Positions 29,601 to 37,780 of a DNA stretch of 40,144 nucleotides are shown here, one piece after another (position 1 is the stretch's first letter; the number at the start of each line of letters is the position of its first letter). Position numbers and translations under genes: made by a program. The stretch comes from an uncultured Thermoplasmata archaeon (GTDB taxonomy: Archaea; Thermoplasmatota; Thermoplasmata; Halarchaeoplasmatales; Halarchaeoplasmataceae): positions 1 to 40,144 of the forward strand of contig CAYNQI010000009.1 of assembly GCA_964399335.1 (NCBI GenBank), given 5' to 3'. The notes beneath the pieces are model-generated. The model did not search any database, was not told the origin of the DNA, and saw only the letters and a list, made by a program, of their open reading frames with translations.

Positions 29601-30298
29601 ATCTCCCTACCATATTTCTCATTGATCTCACACATAACCCTGTTCGAAGCCATATCCTCTACGGCCATAAGACTCCTTTCAGTACCGCTTACTACGAAAT
29701 ATCCCTGTGGATCGTGAGGATCTTCTCCCAGCATCTTTAACTTGTCCCGGTATGCTTTTTCTTCGTATTCAGGACTGTTTATATCCACATTCAAAATTTC
29801 CTCTGCTGTACTGTCGATATTATCAGGATGCAAATTACATTTCTTTGAGCCTATCATTATCGGAATCTGACCTATAGGTATCCACTGAGGTTCTTCTTCG
29901 ATTCCATCTTTAATGATGCTCATCCTCATCTCGATCTTAGCACTGTAGTATAGATCCCTCAACCTAGCTTCCTGAGGGGTTAATTTGTGTTCGGAACCAG
30001 TGGCTTCTTTGACAGTAGGTCTTTTTATCCTGAGGGTACGTTCAGAATTTGGATCAACTCTCCCGTCTTCAGTCCTTTCTCTGCCTACTCTGATCTCGAT
30101 CTCCTGGCCGTCTACTTTCTCGGGGTTTAACCTGATCTTGCCCCAACCACCTTCACCGTAACCTATCCTGATATTATCGATGATCTTCTGAGCCCTGCTG
30201 TTTGGATTGTCCATAGAGGGAAGAAAATCGTTAAAGGATTCCAGATGATGACTAACCACACTAATTTCTCGAAAGAAACTGTCAACTAATTCTCTCAT
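26675..30298 (-). CDS. rpoB: RNA polymerase subunit B (Rpo2, unsplit)
   Basis: ETPEGQNCGLVK, GDKFASRHGQKG, RQPTEGRSRQGGLRFGEMERD, C-terminal Zn ribbon. Single 1207-aa ORF. Confidence 0.98.
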   Translation of the reverse strand: MRELVDSFFREISVVSHHLESFNDFLPSMDNPNSRAQKIIDNIRIGYGEGGWGKIRLNPEKVDGQEIEIRVGRERTEDGRVDPNSERTLRIKRPTVKEATGSEHKLTPQEARLRDLYYSAKIEMRMSIIKDGIEEEPQWIPIGQIPIMIGSKKCNLHPDNIDSTAEEILNVDINSPEYEEKAYRDKLKMLGEDPHDPQGYFVVSGTERSLMAVEDMASNRVMCEINEKYGREIEVAKIFSQRHGYRALTVMEKKKDGLITVSVPSARGDIPVVILMKALGMENDQEIFNSMTTDEDMSSIIFANIEMCQEEEDYSPEGVYNQEDAMAYLEKKFATGQAEEYRQRKIDSILDRSLLPHLGNHKEDRMKKAVFLGRMARAILELKAGHRESDDKDHYANKRLKLSGDLMADLFRVSVVNLLKDLKYQLERNYGKKGEVRIKSSIRPDLMKNKLQHAMATGNWVGGRTGISQLLDRTSNMSTISHLRRVKSPLSRSQPHFEARELHATHWGRLCPNETPEGQNCGLVKTSALIVDVSKGTEPMEVRWKLYDIGLEQMSQGSEAGIKVYLNGDLIGLVEDPHEFVDNVRRERRHGMISDQVNVRYDHTMGEVILNCDEGRVRRPLLIVEDGDINLTKEGLDELLEGKTRMSELFEENIIEWIDAEEEEDIYVALYPFEIPSLCDECDSPLSEADISWLNMGQGEDIAEVECHKCGGLMKRDNLIEDDHTHLEVDPLLILGASTGIVPYAEHNAAPRCSMGANMMKQSLGLPSSNYRQRPDTREHLMHYPQKPLLQTKTMDLVNFNKRPAGQNFVVAVMSYQGYNMEDALVMNRAAIDRGLARSTFFRTYTTEERRYPGGQEDHFEIPDPDVRGARSDQFYKHLDDGGLINPETRVEGSDVLVGKTSPPRFLEEDTDFMAPQKRRETSKIVRPREKGWVDTVMLTESEDGSRLVKAKVRDQRVPELGDKFASRHGQKGVIGKLVEPEDLPFTENGTVPDLILNPHAIPSRMTVAHVLEMLGGKVGSLEGRFIDGTPFSGETEEAIRKSLENAGFKHNGTEVLYDGRTGKMLQSEIFVGVIYYQKLHHMVSGKLHMRSRGPVQILTRQPTEGRSRQGGLRFGEMERDCLIGHGTAMVIKDRLLDQSDGTTEFICGNPDCGHVAIMDSNGELRCPVCGEKSDVHQIQTSYAFKLLMDELRSLGVAMRLQLEDLK

Positions 30299-30319
30299 TT
30301 TTTACACCTTATTTTAATT

Positions 30320-30574
30320 CTATCTACTTATTACCAACCTATACACTTTCGCTACACCAGCTGTTTTACTTTCTCGTATAACTTCGATCATCCTACCTTC
30401 CTCAATGTCCCCATGCATCTTCTCCATATGTTCAATAACTGGATCACTTTTTAGAATTTTAGGAAGGTCTTGTTTACCAACTTCCAAGCCTTCTAATATC
30501 TCCTGTTCATCTTCCTTAGGTACGAGATGGTGCTCTGGTACGAATCCGTGTTTCATAACATTGAATTTACCCAT
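30320..30574 (-). CDS. rpoH: RNA polymerase subunit H (Rpo5)
   Basis: HGFVPEH, LPKILKSDPV, IRESKTAG..KVYRLV. Confidence 0.95.
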   Translation of the reverse strand: MGKFNVMKHGFVPEHHLVPKEDEQEILEGLEVGKQDLPKILKSDPVIEHMEKMHGDIEEGRMIEVIRESKTAGVAKVYRLVISR

Positions 30575-30651
30575 TGTTTACCCCCGATTTTGAATTTGTT
30601 TTTTCCATGATAGATACCACTCTCGATTTTTTTAAGATGGGCCTGTGGGGA

Positions 30652-30680
30652 TTTCCGTGAACTGCCTGACAGCAACTCTA
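30652..30680 (-). other. tRNA intron 2 (29 nt) at T-loop position 59/60
   Basis: BHB motif: outer helix is the T stem, central helix TTCG/CGGA (one G-U), bulges AA|T and AA|T, intron hairpin GAGTTGCT-GTCA-GGCAGTTC. Confidence 0.88.
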
Positions 30681-30719
30681 TTCGAACCCCAGACCACCTG
30701 GTTAAAAGCCAGGTGCTCT

Positions 30720-30750
30720 TTCTAGAGAAAGAGCAAGTTAGCTCTATCTT
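30720..30750 (-). other. tRNA intron 1 (31 nt) at D-loop position 20/21
   Basis: BHB motif: central helix CTAG/CTAG, bulges GT|A and AA|A, intron helix AGATAGAGC/GCTCTTTCT. Confidence 0.88.
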
Positions 30751-30808
30751 ACCTAGCTGAGCTACAGGCCCTATTTTAAGCAGTGTTTTAGCACCTAGAA
30801 GTAACTAT

Positions 30809-30816
30809 TATATAAA
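30809..30816 (-). promoter_or_regulatory. TATA box of tRNA-Lys
   Basis: TTTATATA on the minus strand, 38-45 nt upstream of the mature tRNA 5' end. Confidence 0.6.
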
Positions 30817-30949
30817 TCTGTTCCTCCGACGAGGCATACCATACCCTCTTTAAACTGCGGATCAAAAGCGACTCGCTCTAGACAAAGATATGAACTATAT
30901 ACTATTAAAATATTTTGAGAGCTTGTTTTTTCTGCAGTTATCTAAAATT

Positions 30950-31873
30950 TTAAAAGAAGGTTTTTACAGGATATTCAGCACTAGCTAAACCACTTAAACT
31001 AAACTTTTTACTATCTATATTGACTTTTAAAACGTACTTACCTTTTAATAGATTTAGTTTCAACAAGGGAATTATCTTAAAAATATCAATTTCTAATAGA
31101 TCTTTACGATTTACATCTAATTCTAAATAAACATCCATATCATCTTTATTGGCTGCTACTTCATATGATGAAGGCAGTCCATGGTCATACTTGACTTCTA
31201 AATCGTATTTTGGTGAGTTAAATAAGTATGTGTTTTTACCCTTGGAAAAATAGATTTTTCCTTCACCACTATCACGTAACTCAAAAAGAGTAAAACCCAT
31301 GGGTTTGTCATCTGTTTTACCTTCAAGTCTGATCCAATGCCAGGGATTTTTAGAAAATTTACAATTTCCATAGTTCGAATCGTGATAACCTAGACCTTTT
31401 ACCCTTACACTCTTTTCATCTATTTTGACAGAGCCTTCTACCCCTGCAAGATTACTAAAAACATCCCACCCCATCCATCGATCACTTGATTTGATAGAAT
31501 ATCTCGAAGTACCGCCGGTTTGGATATTTTTAAATTTGAGACTCCACTTTAAATCGGAGGTATGCCCGATTATATTCCAACCTGATCTTGTTTTTTTGAT
31601 CCTAAAGTCTTTAAATACCCATGTTTCAGAACTGGATAGATTGCATGATTTACCATCTACAGTATATTGGCCTATTTTTGAATCACCTTCACTGTAAATC
31701 GCATATGAGATGATGCCTTTCCTTAAACCGAATATGTTCCTAGGGTTCCCAATTGAATAACAAAAAAAACCGCTGACCCTATCAGATCTAAAGGAAAAAT
31801 ATTTCCATTCAACATATCGAAAATCATCAAAATTTCCTGAAAGATCTTTTTTAAATCTCCAATCGTCTTCCAT
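30950..31873 (-). CDS. CrtC/AttH/tocopherol-cyclase-like beta-barrel protein
   Basis: N-terminal EWKYF, W/aromatic-rich beta strands, VEGSVKI....V.VKGLGYHDSNYG followed by W.W, as in the hydroxyneurosporene synthase/AttH/tocopherol cyclase superfamily. Confidence 0.55.
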   Translation of the reverse strand: MEDDWRFKKDLSGNFDDFRYVEWKYFSFRSDRVSGFFCYSIGNPRNIFGLRKGIISYAIYSEGDSKIGQYTVDGKSCNLSSSETWVFKDFRIKKTRSGWNIIGHTSDLKWSLKFKNIQTGGTSRYSIKSSDRWMGWDVFSNLAGVEGSVKIDEKSVRVKGLGYHDSNYGNCKFSKNPWHWIRLEGKTDDKPMGFTLFELRDSGEGKIYFSKGKNTYLFNSPKYDLEVKYDHGLPSSYEVAANKDDMDVYLELDVNRKDLLEIDIFKIIPLLKLNLLKGKYVLKVNIDSKKFSLSGLASAEYPVKTFF

Positions 31874-31922
31874 GGTTTGATAAGATACACTTTCTTTAAG
31901 TTTTTTACTACATGAAAATCAA

Positions 31923-32855
31923 CTATCTTCTAGCGTGCAGAATTATATAATTAGACACTGATTTATAAAATGCATCGTAAGTGATCTGAGTACCTTTTAA
32001 AAATGCATCAAAATCGATATTATGCTTTTTAAAATGATCCTCGACCATCTTTTTTAGTTTGGGTAATCTCGTCAAGATCTTTACGAGGTTGTTTAGGTAT
32101 GGTGTTCCTTCTGACATATATTTTAGATTGTGGGAGGTTATATCCGTTAAAGAGATGTCTTTAAAGCCTATCTTTTCTAACTGTTCAATATAATCTGATT
32201 TCGTGTAAAACTTCGGTGCATTCAACATCTTCTTGTAGGCATAGAGTATCTCTCGTTGAGTTTCTGAAAATCCTTTTTGATCGTTTTTTACTATGTCCGC
32301 GATCAAAAGTGCCCCGCTGTTTTTTAAAATTCTAAAACATTCATTTAGAAATCTATCTTTCCTCTCAAAGTGGAATGCTGCTTCACAACAGTAAACTGCA
32401 GAGAATGTCTTGTCTTCAAACGGAAGATGTTCAGCATCTCCATTTATTAATTCGACATCACGTTGATATCCGTGTTTTTCCAGTAACTTTTCAGTGTTGA
32501 TCAAATTCGATTTTACAGTATCTAGGGCAAATATTCTTCTCCCTGTGAGTTCGTACAGTTCGACGCACTCTCCACCGCTCCCACAGCCCACCACTAATAT
32601 ATCGTTTGCATCTCCATTATTGTTCAAAATAGGTTCAACTAATTTACGAGTTAATCTAGTAGATGAAATACTAGGAGGGATCATCCAATATTCAAAAAAT
32701 GAATCTGCGTACCCAATATTGGTATAACCTTCTAAGCCGCCTAATCCGTTTATCATCCTTATAGCATTGATGATATCCGAGCCGGGGCCAACTTTATCGG
32801 AAGTGTACATATTAGCTATGTTCTTTAGTAAATCGTTAGTTCGATCCGGATCCAC
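31923..32855 (-). CDS. Class I SAM-dependent methyltransferase (sterol/tocopherol/RebM-like)
   Basis: ILVVGCGSGG, ALD, GDAEHLPFEDKTF.AVYCCEAAFHF, ECFRILK..G.LLIADI. GTG start with GAGG upstream. Confidence 0.85.
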   Translation of the reverse strand: MDPDRTNDLLKNIANMYTSDKVGPGSDIINAIRMINGLGGLEGYTNIGYADSFFEYWMIPPSISSTRLTRKLVEPILNNNGDANDILVVGCGSGGECVELYELTGRRIFALDTVKSNLINTEKLLEKHGYQRDVELINGDAEHLPFEDKTFSAVYCCEAAFHFERKDRFLNECFRILKNSGALLIADIVKNDQKGFSETQREILYAYKKMLNAPKFYTKSDYIEQLEKIGFKDISLTDITSHNLKYMSEGTPYLNNLVKILTRLPKLKKMVEDHFKKHNIDFDAFLKGTQITYDAFYKSVSNYIILHARR

Positions 32856-32962
32856 GATTAAACCTCATAAAATGCTTTTATGCCTCTGTATTACTTCTTT
32901 ATTATTTAACCTCTACCTTTCGCATACCTAACACTAATATATATGTAAAGGAATTCTAGTTT

Positions 32963-34300
32963 ATGGGTATTGCGGAGCCTAGAGTCTTATTTGTGACTAC
33001 ATATGTTGAATCGGGTGACACATATGATTACTGGGGCACAAACATATCAGGAAGAGCTAGATTTTCTTATCCTAGATTTTCGTCATACGGGTTACGATTC
33101 CTTAAAAAGAATATACCACAGATAGAGATACTCGAATACCCAACTATCGATGAATATAAAGAAAAGTTAAAACAGGACTATGATATCGTTGGGTTCTCCT
33201 TTTTCACTCACGAAATACCTAAAATAAAGGAGATGGTAAAATTAGCGAGGAAGGCCGGAGTCGAAGAGATATGGGGAGGGCATTACGGTGTTTTGACTTA
33301 CGATATCGAAAAGATATTTGATAAAACGTTCGTGGGTTACGCTGAAAGAAAAGTTGCCGAAGCTTTGAATGTGAGATTGAATCGAGTTAAACACCCTTAC
33401 CTTGTCGATCTAGTCGGACTTCCCGGTAAACTTAGAGCTTTTCCCATAGGGGTACTATTCACCTCGAGAGGCTGTCATCTAGAATGTGAATTCTGCCAGA
33501 CTCCTGTTTTCTGTCCAGAATCGTATCCCGTACCATTTGAATCCCTGAAGAAGACGATCTTGGAATATAAAAAAGATGGTATCAGTGAGATCCTGATACC
33601 CGAGGAACATTTCGGTCTGCAAAAGAAACACACGGAAAAGGTGATCGATTTACTCGATGAAAATGATATGAATTGGTATGCTCAAACCAGCATCAATATT
33701 TTACATAAAAAACTCGACGATTGGTATGAGAGAGGACTCAGTGGAGCCATGCTGGGTATAGAAGGTCTAAGGCAAGAGCAGGTAAACAGTGTCAACAAAA
33801 ATATAGACGTAGATAAAACTATCAGTTTGTTGAATCGATTGAAAGAGAAGAACACCTTCATAATAGGGAACTATATGATAGGATTTGAGGATGATACTGA
33901 AGAAAATATCAAAAGATGTATCTCAAGGTTGACCAAATTCCCTATCGATATCATCCAGATATGTATTTTGACTCCATTCCCAAAAACTCCACTTTGGGAT
34001 GATATCCAAGAAAAATATGGTATAATTGAAGACGACTGGGGTAAATGGGATACGAAGCATCTAGTTTGGAAACATCCTAATATATCCCAAGAAAAGATGA
34101 AGAGATTGTTGAAGTGGTGTTTCAATAAAGCTTATCCACGATACCGACTTTTCCAAACACCTATGAAGTTTTACAGGTTACATTCGAATAGATACAAAAA
34201 TAATGATGTGAAGCTTCATAGATTCAAAACTATGAAAAAGATCTTTTCTGACTTTTGGAAAGCAAACGTGAGATTTGAAGAACCGCCATTGAAGATATGA
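32963..34300 (+). CDS. Cobalamin-binding-domain radical SAM protein
   Basis: DIVGFSF...IWGGHY (B12-binding-like), TSRGCHLECEFC (CX3CX2C), LGIEG, GNYMIGFEDDT, ILTPFPKTPLW. Confidence 0.85.
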   Translation: MGIAEPRVLFVTTYVESGDTYDYWGTNISGRARFSYPRFSSYGLRFLKKNIPQIEILEYPTIDEYKEKLKQDYDIVGFSFFTHEIPKIKEMVKLARKAGVEEIWGGHYGVLTYDIEKIFDKTFVGYAERKVAEALNVRLNRVKHPYLVDLVGLPGKLRAFPIGVLFTSRGCHLECEFCQTPVFCPESYPVPFESLKKTILEYKKDGISEILIPEEHFGLQKKHTEKVIDLLDENDMNWYAQTSINILHKKLDDWYERGLSGAMLGIEGLRQEQVNSVNKNIDVDKTISLLNRLKEKNTFIIGNYMIGFEDDTEENIKRCISRLTKFPIDIIQICILTPFPKTPLWDDIQEKYGIIEDDWGKWDTKHLVWKHPNISQEKMKRLLKWCFNKAYPRYRLFQTPMKFYRLHSNRYKNNDVKLHRFKTMKKIFSDFWKANVRFEEPPLKI

Positions 34301-34406
34301 GAGAACGTTAAATCTCATGAAATAATACTGCAAAAAACAAATCCGATGTAGGTACTTCTATTAAACACTAAAAATTCTATATACTCCTTATATATTTGAC
34401 AAAGAT

Positions 34407-35945
34407 ATGGAAAGATGGTTAAAGGAAGGTAGACCATACCTGATCTATACGTTCTTTTTCATCCTCATAATATCAACAATCAAACATGGTTTTGAAATTA
34501 TTCTCTTCCAGGAATACCGTTTCTCGATCCTGCTGATCTCTATCAATGTATTCACACTTGGTCTATTTTCTATTATCTTAACATTCTTCGTAGTAAAATT
34601 AAATCCTGAAATAAACACAGAACAAACTTCTAAGATATTGGTCCCCGTAATGGTGTTAACGATACTTTTCCCGATCTTGGATAAATTCATAACAAGCTTG
34701 TCTATCAGTTCTTTTACCAGACATGAACTATACGATCCTTTCTGCATATTTTCAAATCACTCGATTTCCTTACCTGCAATATTTCTAGCTCTTGCTGTGT
34801 CAATATTTTTTTCAGCAGGAGTTTTAAGATTAAAAAAAGATAAAGTGATGATCTCTTTTGTATTAGCTTCCATGGCTGGTCTTTTTGCCTTCTTGATCTC
34901 AACCACACCATATATTTTTACAGAACTGTTAAGGGATGTATCCTTCCTGACATTCGAAAATACCAGAGAGTTACACCTAATTTTCTTATGCATTCTGATC
35001 ATAGTTAATTTTTTAGTCATGACTTTAACGTATCACCGTTCAAACAAAAGCGAGTTTTTATCGCTTATCAAAAATCTGAAACTGTTTAGAACCGTTCATT
35101 TCGTGGTCATGGTGATCATAGGTATAGTGGTAGTTAGGGAGATAGCCCCTGCTAATGCACTAGATGTTTTTTCGATCCAATATTTCCCATACATATTTCT
35201 TCCTGCGCTGTGCATGGCCTTAACCTGGCAGTTCACCGCTATGATCAATGACTACTACGATATAGACATCGATAAATTCGTCCATCCGGATAGGCCGTTG
35301 ATAACCGGGAAAATCAGTTCTGATAGATTCTTACAGCTTGCAGTCATTGCTGGAGGTATTTCAGCCTTTCTTTCCCTCTTGATCGGAATCTTACCTTTCA
35401 TTTTAAATCTGACATTTATAATCGCTGCATTACTTTACTCTATACCCCCTATAAGGTTGAAAAACAGGATATTCGGATACGTATGTGTCGGATGGGCAAG
35501 TGTAGTAGCTTTTTTGACCGGAATATACTCACCAGTAGCTTGGAGAAGTGAACTACACTGGTTTTCAACTACCACTCCACGAAATATCCCTTTCTTTCCA
35601 GACATAGCTGTTATCTCATTGATCCTGTTCTCAGTTCTTTCCATCTCACCATACATCAACGCTATAGCTGATTACGAAGGAGATAAAGAGGGGGGTGTGA
35701 AAAGTATATACACTATATATGGACTTGAAAAGGGTAAAAAGATCGTCTCGATATTGATAATGTTCTTATTCCTTTCACCACTGCTTCTGTTCAATTCCAC
35801 TATTGATATCCTGATACTATTATCTGCATCTCTCGCTAGTGTTTTGATATTTTATTTCATCGAAAAATATCAAGCTATATTTGGAATCTATTTTTCAGTT
35901 TTGATTTACGTGTTAGCACGCTTTTTAGGGATGATTTCCTTTTAA
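34407..35945 (+). CDS. UbiA-family prenyltransferase with an N-terminal multi-TM extension
   Basis: Motif I NDYYDIDID..HPDRPL..G (35247-35273), YSIPPIRLK, motif II NAIADYEGD..GG (from 35658); many hydrophobic helices. Confidence 0.85.
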   Translation: MERWLKEGRPYLIYTFFFILIISTIKHGFEIILFQEYRFSILLISINVFTLGLFSIILTFFVVKLNPEINTEQTSKILVPVMVLTILFPILDKFITSLSISSFTRHELYDPFCIFSNHSISLPAIFLALAVSIFFSAGVLRLKKDKVMISFVLASMAGLFAFLISTTPYIFTELLRDVSFLTFENTRELHLIFLCILIIVNFLVMTLTYHRSNKSEFLSLIKNLKLFRTVHFVVMVIIGIVVVREIAPANALDVFSIQYFPYIFLPALCMALTWQFTAMINDYYDIDIDKFVHPDRPLITGKISSDRFLQLAVIAGGISAFLSLLIGILPFILNLTFIIAALLYSIPPIRLKNRIFGYVCVGWASVVAFLTGIYSPVAWRSELHWFSTTTPRNIPFFPDIAVISLILFSVLSISPYINAIADYEGDKEGGVKSIYTIYGLEKGKKIVSILIMFLFLSPLLLFNSTIDILILLSASLASVLIFYFIEKYQAIFGIYFSVLIYVLARFLGMISF

Positions 35946-36012
35946 AAATCCACATTAGATTCCTCTTCTACCAAAAGACAATTATATAGTAAAAGTTTCT
36001 CATTCAATTAAG

Positions 36013-37779
36013 ATGTTGGAAGCTTTATCCGATTTTAAAATAGAAAACATAATCGATTTCCTTGAGAAGGATAGGTTCACACCCTTTACAGCTTTTGTGT
36101 ATCTTATTATTTTAGGGGTTATCAGGTCGGTATCAGAATCACTCTACTTCGAATATCCGATGTTCAGCATGTATTTGGTAGCACAGCATATCGCCTTTAA
36201 CTTACCTGTACTGGTTTTAGGGGTTTTAGTAATTCAAAAAGCAACAGAGACCTCCATGAAAAAAGTTTTCAACGTTGTCCTTTTGGGTTTTTGGATCACG
36301 GCATTACCCCCTTTCATAGACAAGTTTCTGTTCGGACTTTCGGGATATGAATACTCTGCAATGTATTCCTATTACGCGGGATATGAAGGAGCATTATTTA
36401 TAGAAAAATTGGCCATGATCGTACCTACTCATCTACTAGCTGCTGAACACATCAGTCCAGGACTGCGTTTCATGATCTTTTCGATCGTAGTTTTCAGTGT
36501 TTTTTACATCATTGTAAAATTAGATCTACATAAATTAAAGGTCATAAAATCAAAGTTGAACCGAAGGATGATTATCAAAAAAATAGCTGCAGTATTCTTT
36601 GGATTTTTTGGTATTTGGCTGGTAGTTTGGTTCATCACGGCAAGCGTACCTTCCGTCATATCATTTGAAGGGGACAGGATAATCATTTTAGATTTTATTA
36701 GAACAAACATGTCCCCAGAATATTACTTCTTCTTCTCAGAATATGGATACAGTATAGAAGCCGGGAGTGAAGTCTTTCCTGGAACTGGCTCAAATACAAT
36801 TGGCTTAGCTCATGGAACGGTTATACAACAACGTTCTCTATTGATCACAATGTATTTTACGATATTGACAGCTTTCTCTTTTTTAGGTACTTTGTACCGT
36901 GCAAATAAACAGATGCTTAAAAAAATATTAAAAACTGTGAACACCCCTCTAGTTTATTTAACAACCCTTTTAGCTTTACTTGGAAATGGAGTGTTATTTC
37001 AACTGGATGGGGGTTTTTCCAAAGGGTGGGCTATCGATCCCACGTACCCTTTACATATCCCTTATATTTTCTATATATTGATCATTGGATTTTTTTTAGG
37101 TTGCTTTGCCATTTTCATCGATAGAGTATTTAATCCAGATAAAGTTGATGACACGGATAGGCTTTCTATTTACCATAATAAAAAACTAGCTATCGTTTCA
37201 TTTTTGGCTGTAGCATCATTCTCCTTTTTGATGGGACCATTCAATACTTTTCCAATTGCAATGGTATTTATGGCAACCATATTTCTCATATCCATCATTT
37301 CCGAAGATATATCAGGATTACCTAAAGTTTTACGTTTTTCGATGATCGGTATCTTTTCATTTTTCTTGGGATTCTATACACCTGGAATATGGAAATCTGT
37401 GATATGGACGGTGCGGGACAATGTGCCAGATCCTGAAACTTTCACGACTATCGACCTAACAAGAAATCCATCGATAACCGGCTTCATAATCGGGGTGGTC
37501 GTGGTTATGTTCATTACTCTTGTGATACTCGGTTACGTATCTCAGATTCTTGAAAAAGACAAATTCCCGTTAGATTACCCCGTATCCTATGCATTATTGC
37601 CGGTTTTCTTTCTCCCATCGTTAGTATTCTACGATCTAACACTATTTGTTATATTTGCAGTGCTTGGATCAGTATCGATAACATTCATGGATGATGATCC
37701 TGATGTGGTCTTAAAAATATTGATTGTCCAAATAGTTTGTATCTTATTATGGTTATGGGGGATGATACCTTCTATCTGA
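36013..37779 (+). CDS. Polytopic membrane protein; probable degenerate paralog of the upstream UbiA protein
   Basis: Colinear similarity to 34407-35945 (LPPFIDKFL vs LFPILDKFI; FFLGFYTPGIWKS vs FLTGIYSPVAWRS), but the Asp-rich motifs are lost. Confidence 0.65.
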   Translation: MLEALSDFKIENIIDFLEKDRFTPFTAFVYLIILGVIRSVSESLYFEYPMFSMYLVAQHIAFNLPVLVLGVLVIQKATETSMKKVFNVVLLGFWITALPPFIDKFLFGLSGYEYSAMYSYYAGYEGALFIEKLAMIVPTHLLAAEHISPGLRFMIFSIVVFSVFYIIVKLDLHKLKVIKSKLNRRMIIKKIAAVFFGFFGIWLVVWFITASVPSVISFEGDRIIILDFIRTNMSPEYYFFFSEYGYSIEAGSEVFPGTGSNTIGLAHGTVIQQRSLLITMYFTILTAFSFLGTLYRANKQMLKKILKTVNTPLVYLTTLLALLGNGVLFQLDGGFSKGWAIDPTYPLHIPYIFYILIIGFFLGCFAIFIDRVFNPDKVDDTDRLSIYHNKKLAIVSFLAVASFSFLMGPFNTFPIAMVFMATIFLISIISEDISGLPKVLRFSMIGIFSFFLGFYTPGIWKSVIWTVRDNVPDPETFTTIDLTRNPSITGFIIGVVVVMFITLVILGYVSQILEKDKFPLDYPVSYALLPVFFLPSLVFYDLTLFVIFAVLGSVSITFMDDDPDVVLKILIVQIVCILLWLWGMIPSI

Positions 37780-37780
37780 T

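Larger units (their letters stand above)
30638..30771 (-). tRNA. trnK: tRNA-Lys(UUU) with two introns; CCA not encoded
   Basis: Acceptor GGGCCTG/CAGGCCC plus A73; D stem GCTC/GAGC; anticodon arm CCTGG-CTTTTAA-CCAGG; T arm TGGGG-TTCGAAT-CCCCA. Removing 31-nt and 29-nt inserts gives a perfect 74-nt cloverleaf. Confidence 0.95.

Noticed and set aside
21739-30574. Absence of rps12/rps7 after nusA
   Set aside because: To my knowledge this split is not unusual in Thermoplasmata, so it is not reported as novel.
30817-30890. GC-richer stretch upstream of the tRNA promoter as an sRNA or split-tRNA half
   Set aside because: No C/D boxes, no tRNA-like arms and only weak hairpins.
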